Source of the DNA: Tubiluchus corallicola
Lineage: Eukaryota > Animalia > Priapulida
Assembly: GCA_030141605.1 (NCBI GenBank)
Contig: JAQGDQ010000687.1
Coordinates: forward strand, 48,675-112,674
DNA length: 64,000 nt
Direction: 5' to 3'
In this document: positions 11,701 through 24,700 of the stretch, piece after piece
Position numbering within the stretch: position 1 is the first letter of the stretch
Layout of the letters: each line of letters opens with the position of its first letter
The notes under the pieces: generated by a model
Databases searched by the model: none
Told to the model about the DNA's origin: nothing
The model's input: only the letters and a program-made list of their open reading frames with translations
Translations under genes and position numbers: made by a program

Positions 11701-14700
11701 ACTCAGATTATGTTTGACTTTTGCTTACAAGTTCTTGATTTTCTTTTGTTTTGTATTTTTATACAGAGAGTTATTGTTTGTCATATTACGGTTTATTTTT
11801 CTAAGCATAAACTGTAAATACCCTATATAAAGTAATCAGTTGCAACAAGTTATTATTGTTATAGGGGCAGCTGACCTGATGACCGTATGCTGCCTTCACT
11901 GCCCCTTCTCCGTTACATAATTTTTTTATTATAATAGTACAGAAAAAGTGTTTTGTGGAGAAAAATAAAATCAATTGAATTATATTGGAGGATAGAAAGA
12001 GTAGTAACACAAAGTAAATTCTGACATTGTTTGCAAAAGGAAAATTATGATTTTGCTGTATTGCTTTCTACTAATCAACTAAACAGTTTGCGACAGTACG
12101 TGTTATACAGGCATTGATTAATTAAATTTGTATCATGGTTTCCACCGAGCTTCTTGCAATAAACAGTAAAACACTGCAGGTGTGACATAGGCATGTAATT
12201 CAAATATTGTAGCAACGCCTGAATTTTGAACTTAGAAAATCAGACTGTAACTTCTCTTTTCCCTTCTTCTTTGTAGCCAGTGGCAGTTTGTGTATAGGTA
12301 CTGTGGAACTGCAGCATCCCCTATTTTCACTCAGTATCATCGATAATATTCAGTATAATAAGTTTTTTAGTTCTTTCTTTTTGTACGGAACCAGAGCACG
12401 TGAGGGTAGCACTGTTTCCTTCGAATCCCAGCACAGTACGCTCTAGCAGTGCAGTGTTTGGCTGTTGTGCACATGCAGCCATGCGCACATGTCTGAGCCT
12501 AGGTAAAGAAAGTACTGTCGCTCACACAGTTTGTTGTCAGTTGTAACATGCTTACCATGAGTAGATCAAGCTTGAACTGCGACAATTTAGGCTATTAATA
12601 AGCAAAAAAAATTCTTGTTTTGGATTTTTCAAGTTTGTGCATAAACTTTCGTATGTTTGTTTGTTTAAAATTACAAATTGCAACATTAAAATTACATATG
12701 TTTGTTTTGTTTTACACAGTATTAAAATAAGGCTAAAACATTTTAGCTATGAGCCACCACTGTTTGTAGCTATTTTTATATCCAAATTTTTTTAGCTCTT
12801 TTCCTGTTTCTTGTTTGTAATCCCACAAGGTAGCAGAATAACAACAAAACACATTTGTTGCATGTTTGCACCTTAATTTGATTGAGAGACTGACACCCCT
12901 TGCTGAATAGTTGTTTCTAGAGTTAACAGAGTAAAGCTTGATGTCATCTAAACTCGCATCAATTTTTAGACTGACAGTTTTTGTTAGTCAGTTTTAGCTG
13001 GACAGTTCAAAAATTGATTGCATAAATGGACCATTACTACTAACTTGAAATGGCTAACATGTTAACAAAATCACAAAATACGTGAATAAATCAAACGGTA
13101 ATGCTCGTTTATAGATTGGAGGAGTTTGCAAGAGATTAGAGATGTCTATGTAGAGAAACTAAATATTGATGTTGTTCTTATCCTTACATCACGGAAGTAG
13201 TTTTCTTTTATTTTATCTCTTAAATGTAAAGAAAAGGATGCATCAAAGAGGGCTATCTGGGAACCACATTTTTATAATTAACGATCTGTTTATATACGTG
13301 AGAAATAATATAAAGAGTCTAAAATAATTATCTTTACTTTGTTGGTGGCTAAAAAATAAGCTGCTTTATCAGCCAGATGTTATAATGCCTGCCTTTATTA
13401 AGCCAGATGCCTGCTTTCTAGGATGTCATGAGTTCACTACCGTGTGATTCGAAAGGCTTTAAAAATGGTACCTGATTTTGCCTTGCCAGACTCATGGTAT
13501 TTAGGGTAAAAGTGGGATAATGTTAATCTCTGTTATGTAGGTGTAGTTTGTTCTTTACAGTTGGGGATAAAAGCCTCTTGACAGACTTACATTGTCTGTT
13601 GAGTTTAAAGCCCACTTTAAATAAAGAACATCACTATTTTGTAAGTGATACCATTAATACATTTATAAATGCGCAATCGTCATTAATGAAATATTGAACT
13701 ATTCATATTATAGAATTTTCTTCAAAGCGTTTTAATTGTTTGGTTGATGTTTGGTTAAATGTTTTAGCAGACTAAAACGAGCATGAAGAAATATTGTGTC
13801 AAATAAAAAATTTAATGTTCTTGCAAGTAAGCATGTAATAAGTAAAAGCTATAAGGAATGTTAAACTGTGGAGCAACAGAACTTGTTTCTGATAAATCTG
13901 ATAACTATTACCTGATTACTGGCTCAAGAAGCCACATATAAGGATTAGCAAACTAGTTTATTTACTATTGCAATTGCTAGGGAATTTTCAGTGGTATACT
14001 TAGTTTTATTTATAGCTTACTTGATGGAATTGCTGTGCATTGAAAATCTTACTTCGTGAAAAAAGATTATGCTGAGCCTGCGAGTGGGTAAAAGACATAT
14101 AAATGTAGTATTGTGTAATACATGTTAATTACTTTGAAGTAATGATTTCCTGATGAACCAACTTACATATTGTATGTGTTTATCTAGGTTCAGACTGAAT
14201 TTCAACAGCTGAGTGAGACACAGTTTGTATTTAATGTTCCTGATGCTAATGATATTAATCATATCGTAGTATTTCTCACAGGTGTTCAACCATTTCCTGC
14301 GACTCATGGTGGTGCTGGTAGGTGAATTTTCATGGTACTGTGTAATGTAATTTATTTCTGCAACTTAGTTTGGCATTTAGCAATTATTTGAGCTACATTC
14401 CTGCATTTCACTACAGCAATTTAGGCAACCGTATCCCACAGCGTCGTTGGTAACTAGGACACATTAGAGTGCTTTTAATCTGTGTAACTGGAATTCTAAT
14501 GCCAATGCAGGACTATACTGCTTAATTACTGTTGTGGTTCATGGCTGATTTTTAAGAAAATGTTTAAGCACTTTACTGGTAAAAGTTTAATGATTTTGAT
14601 TATTTGTTTACTACATTAATATATATTGTTGTTTACAGTGTATTTTAGCTTGGCAGATCCAACTGGCATGGCTGGATGGCAGCTGTTAGGCCATATCACA

Positions 14701-15789
14701 AACCAGAAACCGAGTGCCATTTTCAAAATTGGAAACTTAAGTAAAGGTAACTAAATTCATTTGCATAATTTAGACATTTTACTGCTGAGAATATTCTTGG
14801 TTGGTATACTTCAAAGTTTCTTTTAATTTCCAAATCAATTTTCTGCATTATTGTTCTGTACGCTTTCTAAATGGCTTCCATTTTTGTCTTGCAGTTTTAT
14901 GGCTACATCTTTAAATATCTAGTAGCAATTGCATGTAATTGCACTTCAAACATTGTTTAATGTTTTTCGTGAAAAATACATAATGCTCGTCAACAATACA
15001 AAATTTGAAACCAAATAAAAATCAATTAGAGGTGACAGGTCACTTTTTCAAAATATTATGGCTTCTTCAAAATGGTGTAAGACAGGTAAATCCTTGGTCA
15101 CATTTCATTTTGGTTAATTAAGCTACAAATCTTGAATGCAATGTAATGTAATAATTGGTAAAAGACAGATGCAGTTTTCAGACGCACCTCTTGTAACACA
15201 GTCGGAGATATATATGGTTTTCCATTGGAAATTCTAAAGCATGACCTTGGCCACCCTTTAACTGTCTGGCAAGATCATAAATTGTCACATACATAGTTTC
15301 AAAAATGCACTTTCAGGAATTGATGATTAGTAAAGCAAAGCATCAATTTTTTATGAGGTATCATGCTATTTATGGCCTTTTTATGTTATGTTCAGTACCG
15401 TTAAGCACTTCATTAAAATTATAATTATTTTATCCTCTTATATAGGTGATGCCTATTTTTCTTTTATTGCAGCAGGAGAAATGACAACAAATCATCCTTT
15501 TGGTAATGTGGCATTGAATCACGTGGCCCAAATTGGTATATCTGTGGAACCATTAGAAACCCTTGTCTTACAAACACCGGCTGCAAACACTATACCAACA
15601 ACGACTGATTCTTTTACTGAATATTCACAGCGCATGCTTGAGAACTTTGTTAACTATGCATCATCGTTTAGCATAGGTAGTACTCAAATGATGTCAACAG
15701 AAAGTTATGTACCCATGCGGGTATTACAGTCTTGGTTTGAAACTTTTCAGAGACGACTTCAGCAAAATCCACTTTTCTGGAAAAACTAA
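8724..15789 (+). CDS. HIKESHI: Hikeshi / OPI10 homolog (Hsp70 nuclear import carrier), 4 coding exons
   Basis: Exons: 8724-8753 ([10 protein letters not shown]|gtaatt); 14188-14317 ([43 protein letters not shown]); 14639-14746 ([36 protein letters not shown]); 15473 or 15476-15789 (..[48 protein letters not shown]). All introns are GT-AG and phase compatible; [23 protein letters not shown] and NP.FWK are Hikeshi signatures. Confidence 0.95.
9174..9802. mobile_element. hAT-type MITE (TAGGGTGGCTAGA...TCTGGCAACTCTA termini) in Hikeshi intron 1
   Basis: Imperfect terminal inverted repeats, repeated subterminal gggaca motifs, and a degenerate 8-bp TSD (aatgggac / gattgaac). Confidence 0.6.
9870..11985 (+). 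mobile_element. Decayed CR1/L2-type LINE with internal deletion (APE endonuclease remnant plus 3' end) in Hikeshi intron 1
   Basis: Frameshifted motifs CHPN (YRHPN-like), CGDIN (GDFN-like), [22 protein letters not shown] and NKLNHVK; later C-terminal ORF2-like sequence and an AT-rich 3' tail ending in aataaaatcaattgaatt. ORF 10396-10635 is part of it. Confidence 0.75.
12278..12762. mobile_element. hAT-family MITE with perfect 8-bp target-site duplication
   Basis: Termini CAGTGGCAG...CCACCACTG; identical flanks tttgtagc at 12270-12277 and 12763-12770. Confidence 0.85.
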
Positions 15790-16248
15790 CTTAGAATGTT
15801 CTACAGAAGTGAAACAGGGATAAGATATATCAGTTTAATTTGTTAATAGTTTCATCTTAACAATTGCTACTACAATGATTCTTAAATAGCTGCAAGTTTG
15901 TAATGAAGTATTGAGTTGTGCTTTTGTATGTGCAAATATTTTTGAAATATGTAGAGTGTTTCTGTTTTCTTTATCTGGGCTTTAATTGTCTTTATTTATA
16001 ATAACGAAAATTTATCATATAATTTATTTTAAAAAGTGGTTGGCAAATTTGATTGTCAATGTACTTAACCAGTGTTGCTGTGTTCTTTAAAAGGAGTTTT
16101 TGTAAAAATGCATTATTATTTTTCTTTTAAATGAAACTATTTTGATGAGTGGAGTACTAATTTTTGTTTTTCTTCTAAGACGCTTACAGACAGACTTGCC
16201 ATTCACATCCATTAGGAGCGTGTCACTCACACTTTATGTGTATTGTGT

Positions 16249-16325
16249 GGCAGGGTGTGGCTGAGTGGATAAGGTGCCTGCTTTTCATAAGAATGTTATG
16301 AGTGCAATACCGCTATAGGTGCCGT
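16249..16325 (+). mobile_element. tRNA-derived SINE head (degenerate)
   Basis: Box A-like gtggctgagtggataagg and a degenerate box B (agtgcaatacc) at tRNA-like spacing; no intact cloverleaf. Confidence 0.4.
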
Positions 16326-18540
16326 CATTCATAAACCTTGACTTTTTTACTGTGGTGCGTCAGGTGTTTGTGTTACATACGCAGTTTTGCAAATTCATTT
16401 TGCAAAAATTTTCCAAAGAAAAATTTAAACAAATTTGCCAATAACAAGGATTGTGAATCACTGTAATCTTTTGTTAAACAAGATTCATAATCGATGATTG
16501 CATGTGCTTGAGGTGTCTACAAGAACACAATGATATCTGACAGTTTTGCTCATGATGTATTTTTTATATGCAAGCTGTTTTCGTACTGCATTGTACTACA
16601 GTAGTTTTTTTTTTGTAACAATAAATAATTATGTTGTTTGTTTTTATAAATGCATATTTTTATTTTAGTATTTGTGTATGAGAGTTGCATAAAGTACCGT
16701 CCTGAATTTACTGGCAGAATTACTGAGGCTTATTCATATAATCTAATTTGCTACCCTATCTCCTACTGCTAGATTATGGTAATTCAGTAAATCAGTAAAC
16801 ATCCAGGAAGACTAACACAATAGCTGTAGTAGTGAGTCTGCCAACTATACATATTCTCATTTTGGTAGTTCTATTTTTTGGTATATAACTTGATACAAAA
16901 CATAGAAATGCTTAATAGAATGCATAAGTTGCCATAAAGTTTCAGTTATGAAACCAAAAATCTCAAAAGCTATGGAGCATTTTGTGTGGTGCAATCCTCT
17001 TACCCTAAATGCCCTCGCGCTTATGCTTCTTCACCGCTGGACTCTCTATTACATTTGTTTTTTTAATGTTGGTGCAGATGACCCCAATGAAAACTCTAAA
17101 AGTTAACCATGCCATTTGGAAGTGTTGGGATGGATACAGAATTCGGACTTTTATCTTGAGGTATCATGAAAATTACAGTTGCGACTGAAATTAAGCAGTG
17201 TTGAGTTTGGTGATCCTCTGGAAAACTGCTTCATTGGTGTCGTCTCCCATGCTGCTCCCATTATTTGCCTTTTTGAGCGAGGCGTGCTTACAAATCCAAG
17301 CATGAGGAAGCCTCTGCTGGCTTAGCATTTCCTCTTAAATATTGCCCATTATTATTAGGTCCCAGTCCCGCTGTAATAATCAAATTGAGTAGCCCTGCAG
17401 CTGTGTGCTGGATCCTGGAATTCAGATTACTAAACTGCATCAAAAATTATATGCCCAGTTCATAAATCAGTTATGTATTTTATTTACATAATTAGCGTAC
17501 GGTAATGGTTTTCTGGCCATTGTTTACCAAAAGAGCTCTCTACCTGTGGGTGTGTAACGTTGTTTACACGCTGAAATGAGCATGGCTAAATATGCCATGT
17601 AGTTGGCTGCATTCTCTATTGTACGTACCTATAAATCTTCATGTTGTCAAGCCATCACACCGGTGACAGCTACCTGTTTGAACGAAAGAAACCCGAGAAG
17701 CCTTAATAATGCCCGGTAATTTTCCTCTTACTGATATATAAACGATTAGATTACGATCTATTTTAGAGATTATTTGCACAGGCCATTCTGAAATGCTGCA
17801 CAGATCTATAATAATTAATGTTTCAACGTTTCATAAGCATCCCAACACAGCAACTGAGTGCAATTGCTGTTTTCTGTTTCAAGTAAAACTGCAGTCAGTG
17901 TTTCAAGTACACAATTTGGTGTTTCAAAGGGTTGATTTTACTTCTCTCGCTTATGTGTCACCTAACAGCAGTTGGCAAACATTGCATGTAGTTTTTTAAA
18001 CACCAAAGCCTTAAAATACAGAAAATATTGTATGATTAGATTACGTGTTGCATAATTCCTAATTCTACTTCCTTTCAATATCGTTGTGCATTAGCTCTCG
18101 TTGTTTATATTTTATAGTGGAAAAAACGGTAAGAAAGCTTCTGTGTGTACTAACAAAATCTGAAATCGATCATTATTCATGTGCCAAAAAAACGTTTATT
18201 TTTCAGGTTAGAGTTTTGAGAATTTGCATTTGCACAGCTTGACAATGACGCTTCAAGCAGTCAATAAATATTGAAAGGACATTTTTAGATTCGAGCGTCT
18301 GTAGAAAACTGAATATTTGAAGACTTTCGAATTTTTACCTGCAAGCTTGAGAGAAACCTGGCGCGTGTCTTGTGTCATATGAATGCGCAGATTATATGTT
18401 ATGCATATAGTAGTATTATCAGAAGCTGACAAAGTGTGCGTACAGGATGTCTTCTGGATCATCAGGATGGTCAGGTGTTTGCCGATAAATCATATATAAA
18501 ATTTTGCTAAATTGGTACTGAAGATCTGTTAAACAGAATT

Positions 18541-19800
18541 ATGAATGATACTTTATATCTTGCCGATGAAATACATCTTGACCACATAGCTCATTATATC
18601 AATTGCGAAGGCACTGTCCGAGCTGGAAACTGGACTACAAAAGATGTTATGTGGGGAGTGGGTTACGGTTTCCTGAGCTTTCTTGCATTTGTTGGCAATT
18701 CCTTTAATGTATTGGTATTCTCTAGCAGACGTACTGTCGCAACCCTGTTTAATACATTGCTGTTAGGGTTGGCTTTTGCTGAAGGCATTGAAGGTGGTAT
18801 CTACTTTGTAGAACTCTCCATTGCAACTTATGGGACTGCTGATTGCAATGAAAGAGCCTTGAAGGCGATGTCACTTATTGGAGATCTTGCATATTTTTCT
18901 GCTTCATCTATAACAGTTCTCATATCGATATTCCGCTGCCTAAGTATTGTCAGTCCACTCGCTTATAAGCACAAATGCAGCACCAGAACTGTTTACTGTT
19001 GCATGTTTGGCTGTATCACTTTTCTAACTGTCATGGAGATTCCAATGTGGATCAACGTTTTTGTCGTCAGATTTGATTCTGGTGATGTCATCTTGGAACC
19101 AATCCGTCAGACTTTCGGTAGATTTTTGCCTATAATAATTGCAATTCCAGCAACACTGTTATCCATCTGCCATATTAAACGTAGACCAGATACTGCACAC
19201 ATGGATTCAGTCAGACATAAAAAGAAAGTGGCAGAAGAAAAACGTGTAACCAGAATGTTACTGGTCGTGCTTTTGGGGTTTTTCATTACAAACGGTTATG
19301 TGGCAGTTAGTATTGTATTACAAAGAGTGACAAGCATACAGTTCTCGCCCGTTGTGCTCTGGACCGTACCTCTGGCTTTTGGGGTGAATACGTCAATGAA
19401 CATATTCGTGTACTTCTTCATGGTTCCCAGTTTTCGTATTACTTTGGCTTCATTTCTGTGTTGTATTGAAGACAAAAAGTTCAGGAATGATAGCATATCG
19501 TTTGATCCGTCTGTTACGAAACGTTTTGAAGATAATGTTAGGAAAGTTCATAGACGTTTTGATAATGATGCCAGACAAAATAACGAACATACTAATCATC
19601 CAGCTATGAATTCCAGGGTAAAATCCTGTTCTAGTGTTTTCACACAGACTAGTTCCCTGGATTTTGAAAGTGATATGGTAGATAACATTTGCGCAGTTGA
19701 AATTGAAAAAGTCCAGAAAGTCTTTTTTACGTCTGCATCTGTGGACTCTTTGTTGCCTGTTTATAAGTCGACTAATGAGACAGAGACAATATGGGTGTGA
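18541..19800 (+). CDS. Intronless class A (rhodopsin-like) GPCR, divergent peptide-receptor/chemoreceptor-like, 419 aa
   Basis: Seven hydrophobic segments; TM1 GN, TM2 LAFAE, TM3 SIFRCLSI (DRY variant), TM6 EKRVTRMLLVV, TM7 NTSMNIFVYFF and helix 8 FRITL; long Ser/Thr-rich tail. Acceptor ttttcag near 18206 suggests an untranslated 5' exon. Confidence 0.92.
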   Translation: MNDTLYLADEIHLDHIAHYINCEGTVRAGNWTTKDVMWGVGYGFLSFLAFVGNSFNVLVFSSRRTVATLFNTLLLGLAFAEGIEGGIYFVELSIATYGTADCNERALKAMSLIGDLAYFSASSITVLISIFRCLSIVSPLAYKHKCSTRTVYCCMFGCITFLTVMEIPMWINVFVVRFDSGDVILEPIRQTFGRFLPIIIAIPATLLSICHIKRRPDTAHMDSVRHKKKVAEEKRVTRMLLVVLLGFFITNGYVAVSIVLQRVTSIQFSPVVLWTVPLAFGVNTSMNIFVYFFMVPSFRITLASFLCCIEDKKFRNDSISFDPSVTKRFEDNVRKVHRRFDNDARQNNEHTNHPAMNSRVKSCSSVFTQTSSLDFESDMVDNICAVEIEKVQKVFFTSASVDSLLPVYKSTNETETIWV

Positions 19801-21589
19801 TATCTACAGCATAAGAAACATCTGAAACAGCTACCAGTTTTGTTATGCAACCTTATTAAATGTTTTGTAATAAGTGCAGGTTATACGTAATAGGATAAAT
19901 GTACGCCCGTCAGCAACACTTGTGTTAAATTTCATAAACTAATTCATTTAGTGCTTTTTCATGTACTAAAAGTCATTAAATTGGAAAGTGGAAGTACAAT
20001 GTGCATGAAGTCCATACAGTTTTAAACTAAATTAAATCTTTCAAGTTTGCATATTGCTTCAATTTTTGTGTATCGTGTACGGAGATGACGCGGATTCATT
20101 TTTCATTGGTTAATTGTTAATATTCTGACGATGACCCCATTAATATGGCCGTGAATTAGTGCCTCAAGTCTGAATAAAAAGAAAAGCAGACAAAAGGGTG
20201 CTCTATGTAGAAATCATGTACGCATGCTACTTGAGATTGCAGTGACTTATATAAAGGTTTCTCATAGGAACTCAGATTTGATGAAAGTGTTATCTAATAC
20301 CTTTCTATTCAAGTGACTGTTAGCTATCATAGGTATGTACATGTACATACATTACATTATACATATAATCTGCAGAACACTAAAGACACGAATGTTCTCT
20401 GTACTAGCAAATAAAGTTACCTTTAAAATAACGCAGAGTTTTTCTGAGTATAGCTATTTCCAAGGTATTTCTCCACTCTGAAACTGAAACAGATGTCAAG
20501 GCTAAATGAATGACCAGAGAAGAAACATCCATATTCTTAGTAGACAAAATTAGACAAGCCGCCCTAGTTCAAAGCCAATTAATGATCCCTTAATTTCAAA
20601 AAACTAAGACGCTTCCGGTCGGGAGCTGTCCAGTAGGACATTGTGTTAACTATTATATAGACTAGTATTCAGTGCAGACTCACCATCGGGCGATTAATTC
20701 CGATATGCTATCATTCCGACCACACGCGATTCCGCTATCTTGTTACAATTGGTGTCAAGCATATTGGTCTGTCACTCCGCCCGAGTTGTGACGTAAACAC
20801 GCTGTCAGGAAATCGGGACATCGGTTTACGTCGAAGAACAACTCTCTTTAGTAAACAATATGGACAACTAATGTCTAATCAGCAGCTAAACTGATCGTGC
20901 TTTTTCACACTCAAAAATTTGCAGAGTAGCAGTTATTTTTACACGAAATTAAAACTTCAAGTAACCAACAGAACTTAAGTAGCATTACTAGCATGCAGCG
21001 ATAGAATTTCAAAGAACTACAAAATGCACAGGCACGAATGCCTGATTGGTTAATGATTGTCTCTTGCTGAGAACGTTGATAGAACAAAAACAGTATAATT
21101 GATTTTGAGAGTAACGCCATGTGATTTTTTGAACTTTAGCTCGATTGTATTTACTATTTACCCGCAATATAGCTATTTTTGGCTTTTTTATCTATTAGAC
21201 ATTTAATATATAATAGAAGCTTTTATCTTTATTATTTTAGTAAATATGACATTGTCACTACAGCTTCTATCAATAAGGGTTAATTCCAGAATCATGTAAT
21301 ACGTACTATTGGGAAACAAGTTAATATGAATAACAGGCTTATAATGATTGACAGATCGACATTGCCTCTAGCAATTCTTGCAAACTCTCATGCTCAACGC
21401 TACATTAAACATCTTTGTTATTTTGCCAAAGGATACAGATTTGGGTGTGACACGTGAACACGGCTGAAAAGATAGCGTACTTTGCGCCTCTAGCTTTGGT
21501 TATTTCAGAGTCTGAGGATAAAGCCACCTCACGAACCACAGACTAACGTATTCTTTGCAGGGCGTTGTTTATAAAAAAGTAATTTCAAA

Positions 21590-21695
21590 ATGCTTAAATT
21601 TGCTATAATTTTTGTTCTCTCTGAGATGGGTGAGTAAAATTTTATAGTAACGTTGAACCAGTGTTTTATTGGGGAAAAGATTTGCTATTACCTGT

Positions 21696-21728
<33 letters not shown>

Positions 21729-24700
21729 AACCGTCTTTTAAATATTTGGTGTATGCCTACTTGTGTATTATAGAACAAACAAATTGCATTTAAATTTAAA
21801 GACAGACTTCCATACTGAGATAACTTAGTCTAATAGTTAAAATTGCTGATAATATTTGTTACTTGTGTGATTTTTATTTATATGAAGTAGACCCTCTTTT
21901 TTTCTAGCATTTTCATTGCCATTCGGGCTTTTTCCTCCGTTGGCGGCATACGATGACTGCGATCCACAGATCAGAGGTCAGAACTACTCAGCTGATCCTA
22001 CAGCTTGTAATGTATGTTTATTCTAATTTTTATAACTTCGGTTTTAGACGCTCAACATAAGTCATTTTGCCAATTATAGAACTGTTGGGCAAAAATTTAT
22101 TTCATCTTTAAGATATGCGTCAAACGCCAAATATAAGAGGTTTGAACAGTAGCATTGCTCAAGATAAACCACTAATTTATCGCATGGGAGGTTACAGCCG
22201 TTTTACATCGAAATCACCACCTTAGCAAGTTTGTTTGCATACTTGCTGTGAAAGTATTGATTCGAACTATTGGCTGAGATTAAGATCCTGGATTAGGAAT
22301 GATATCAATGTCACCATCTTGAACTTAAGTGGGCAAATAGAAAATCAGGCAGTGTCAGTCGATTCAGAATTCGTTCTAGTATATTCCGGTAAACTAGAGT
22401 TTTAGATGATCCATTGTGATTACTGGCTTTTCTCGAAAATGATGTTATCGCCGCCATCTTGAATTCAAAATGACAAATTGGAAATTGACTGACTCCGTCA
22501 GTGGACGCGAAATTTCTTCTAGTATGCTCTTATAAAGTTTCATGATGATCCATTCTGAACTGGCGAAGGCTTTTCTCGAAAATGAAGTTATCGCAGCCAT
22601 CTTAAATTTAATATAGCAAAAAGAAATTACGACTCTGTCAGTCAATGCGAAATTTATTCTGGTTTAAAAAGGTCCGTGACGATCCGCTGCGAATTCAATA
22701 TGGCGGTTCTAAAATTGGTGGTGCCTTAGACTTTCTTTAGAGAGAAATGTTCTGACCCACTCAATCGATGCGGAATTCGTTCTCGTACATTCTTGTAAAG
22801 CCTCGTGACTATCTACTGTACATCTGCAGAGTCTGGTTTTACATGGCATGTCATACCTCCTTAGAAAATTTGGGTGACAGACAGCATAAAATTCTGTTTT
22901 TCAGTATTTTCGCAATTTAGAAAAAAGTAGGCTGAACGTTTACGTTTTGACAACATATGGATTATGATGAAAACCTTTTTATGTTAAATTTTTTAAAAAC
23001 TTTTTTATGTAAAAATTTCTTAACAAATCTACTTGCAAAACAGCGTGTTATGAATTGTTTATATTTATCATCAGATTTTTTCTAGTTTCTTTGCGCTAGC
23101 GGCGAGAAAAGGCAGGATCCAAAATGAGTTTTTTGCATTTTCATTTTCTAAATTCTAGCAATTTCAATATTCATATTACATCACTTATTTTGCAAGATCA
23201 AGTTTGCTTAAACAGTTTTGAAAAAATTCTGTTGACACATTGGGTGGACCTACGTTAACCAATGCTTAAATGTCTTATGTTTTCTTCTGTATACTCTTGC
23301 TGTTATGAATCTAATATAAGTATATGACAGCCATATAATTATAAGACAGTAATGTAACGTTGACATGACATTTTATGACGCGCGAAAATTTCGTCTAGGT
23401 CTATTACCGATGCGTAGCTGGGTGGCCCATGTTTGCGCTAACTTGCCCTGGAGGAACTGTTTGGACTCCGACTGTCGAAGAGTGCTTAGGAGCAGAAGTA
23501 GCTTTGAACGAAGTTTGTGGTCACTTTCCTACCGTAGTCATAGAAGCGGGAACGGGTGAACAAACAGGTACAAATAAAAACAGTGTCGAAATCACCAAAA
23601 CAGCTACATTTATCATGTTTACTTGAATCCAACAAATTTATTGTATTAAAATCGTGTTATCGTTCTAATACATGCGTTCACATATGGCTCACATGGTTGT
23701 GGATATTACACTCATTTTAAGGGCGCTGCTAACTGCCAGTAAACCGAGCCGCGAGTGATTAGTGATTTAGTACGTTGCCTGCTATATGAAATTTCTGTGC
23801 AAATATGAGAATGTGAGCAATAATAGTCTATAATAGGAATTTAATATTTTTGCCATGATAGGAAGTGGAATTGAAAATGGGGCTGGTGGCTTGCCTCCGC
23901 TTCCCCAAACGTCGGGATTTTTATGCGTCGATTCCAGTGACGGTATTAAGTATGTCGGACGAAGATTACATTGTGATGGAAAGCCGGATTGTCCAGACGG
24001 ATCGGACGAAGTTGATTGTGCTGAACCATGTGATAGAGAAAAGTTAGTGGTTACGTTATTATATGCGTTTTTCAATGCCACAGGGATTTACTCTAGAAGT
24101 GAATAATTAATGTAATAGAAACTTTGGCTGAATTTCAATAAACCGGAGAGCCTTTTGCCATGCCGTTGATATAAGCAGAATGCCGTGGAGACAACTGGAA
24201 AAACCGCTAGTAAACAAACAAAAACTTGCTGCAAAAAGTCTAAAAGTTAGTCAGCTAATCACTAAACAAAGAAGGCAAGTACGCTTGATAAGACAAAAGG
24301 CCTTGGTCTGGTGATTGTAGCCGTAGCCATTTCGAAGTGATGACGCGCCCCAGAATTCCTCGAAGAAAAAATCCTTGTAACATTCCTCATGGAAATAGAA
24401 CACATTGGTTTCTATGGCGCATTTGACAACGACGCCTCATGCAATTCCTCGTGAGGAATTTTGACGCCATCTAGAAGCTATGCGTCCTCCTCACGAGAAA
24501 ATTGCCTGCATGGTAGAAACACTGCATGTTCCATTTTCGCGAGAATTCCTCGCGGTATTTACACAAAAAGTGAACAAGTCAGTTACTTCTTGTTCACCGA
24601 AGAACAATTAAATTAATTGAGAATAAAATTTTAGATTTAATATCGTTTTTAAACATACAGACGCTTTATGTTTTATTAATGCAATAGTGATGGGTACGAT

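Noticed and set aside
16990-17420. Possible RTE-type LINE fragment on the minus strand
   Set aside because: Only vague motif resemblance; too decayed to support.
20281-20332. Alternative signal-peptide exon MKVLSNTFLFK*LLAII with in-frame TGA (readthrough or Sec?)
   Set aside because: A clean signal-peptide exon with good start context and donor exists at 21590-21629; this is more likely a 5' UTR exon or chance.
23855-24106. Stand-alone 83-aa LDLa ORF
   Set aside because: It is an internal exon of the CBM14-LDLa gene; its ATG lies in the intron.
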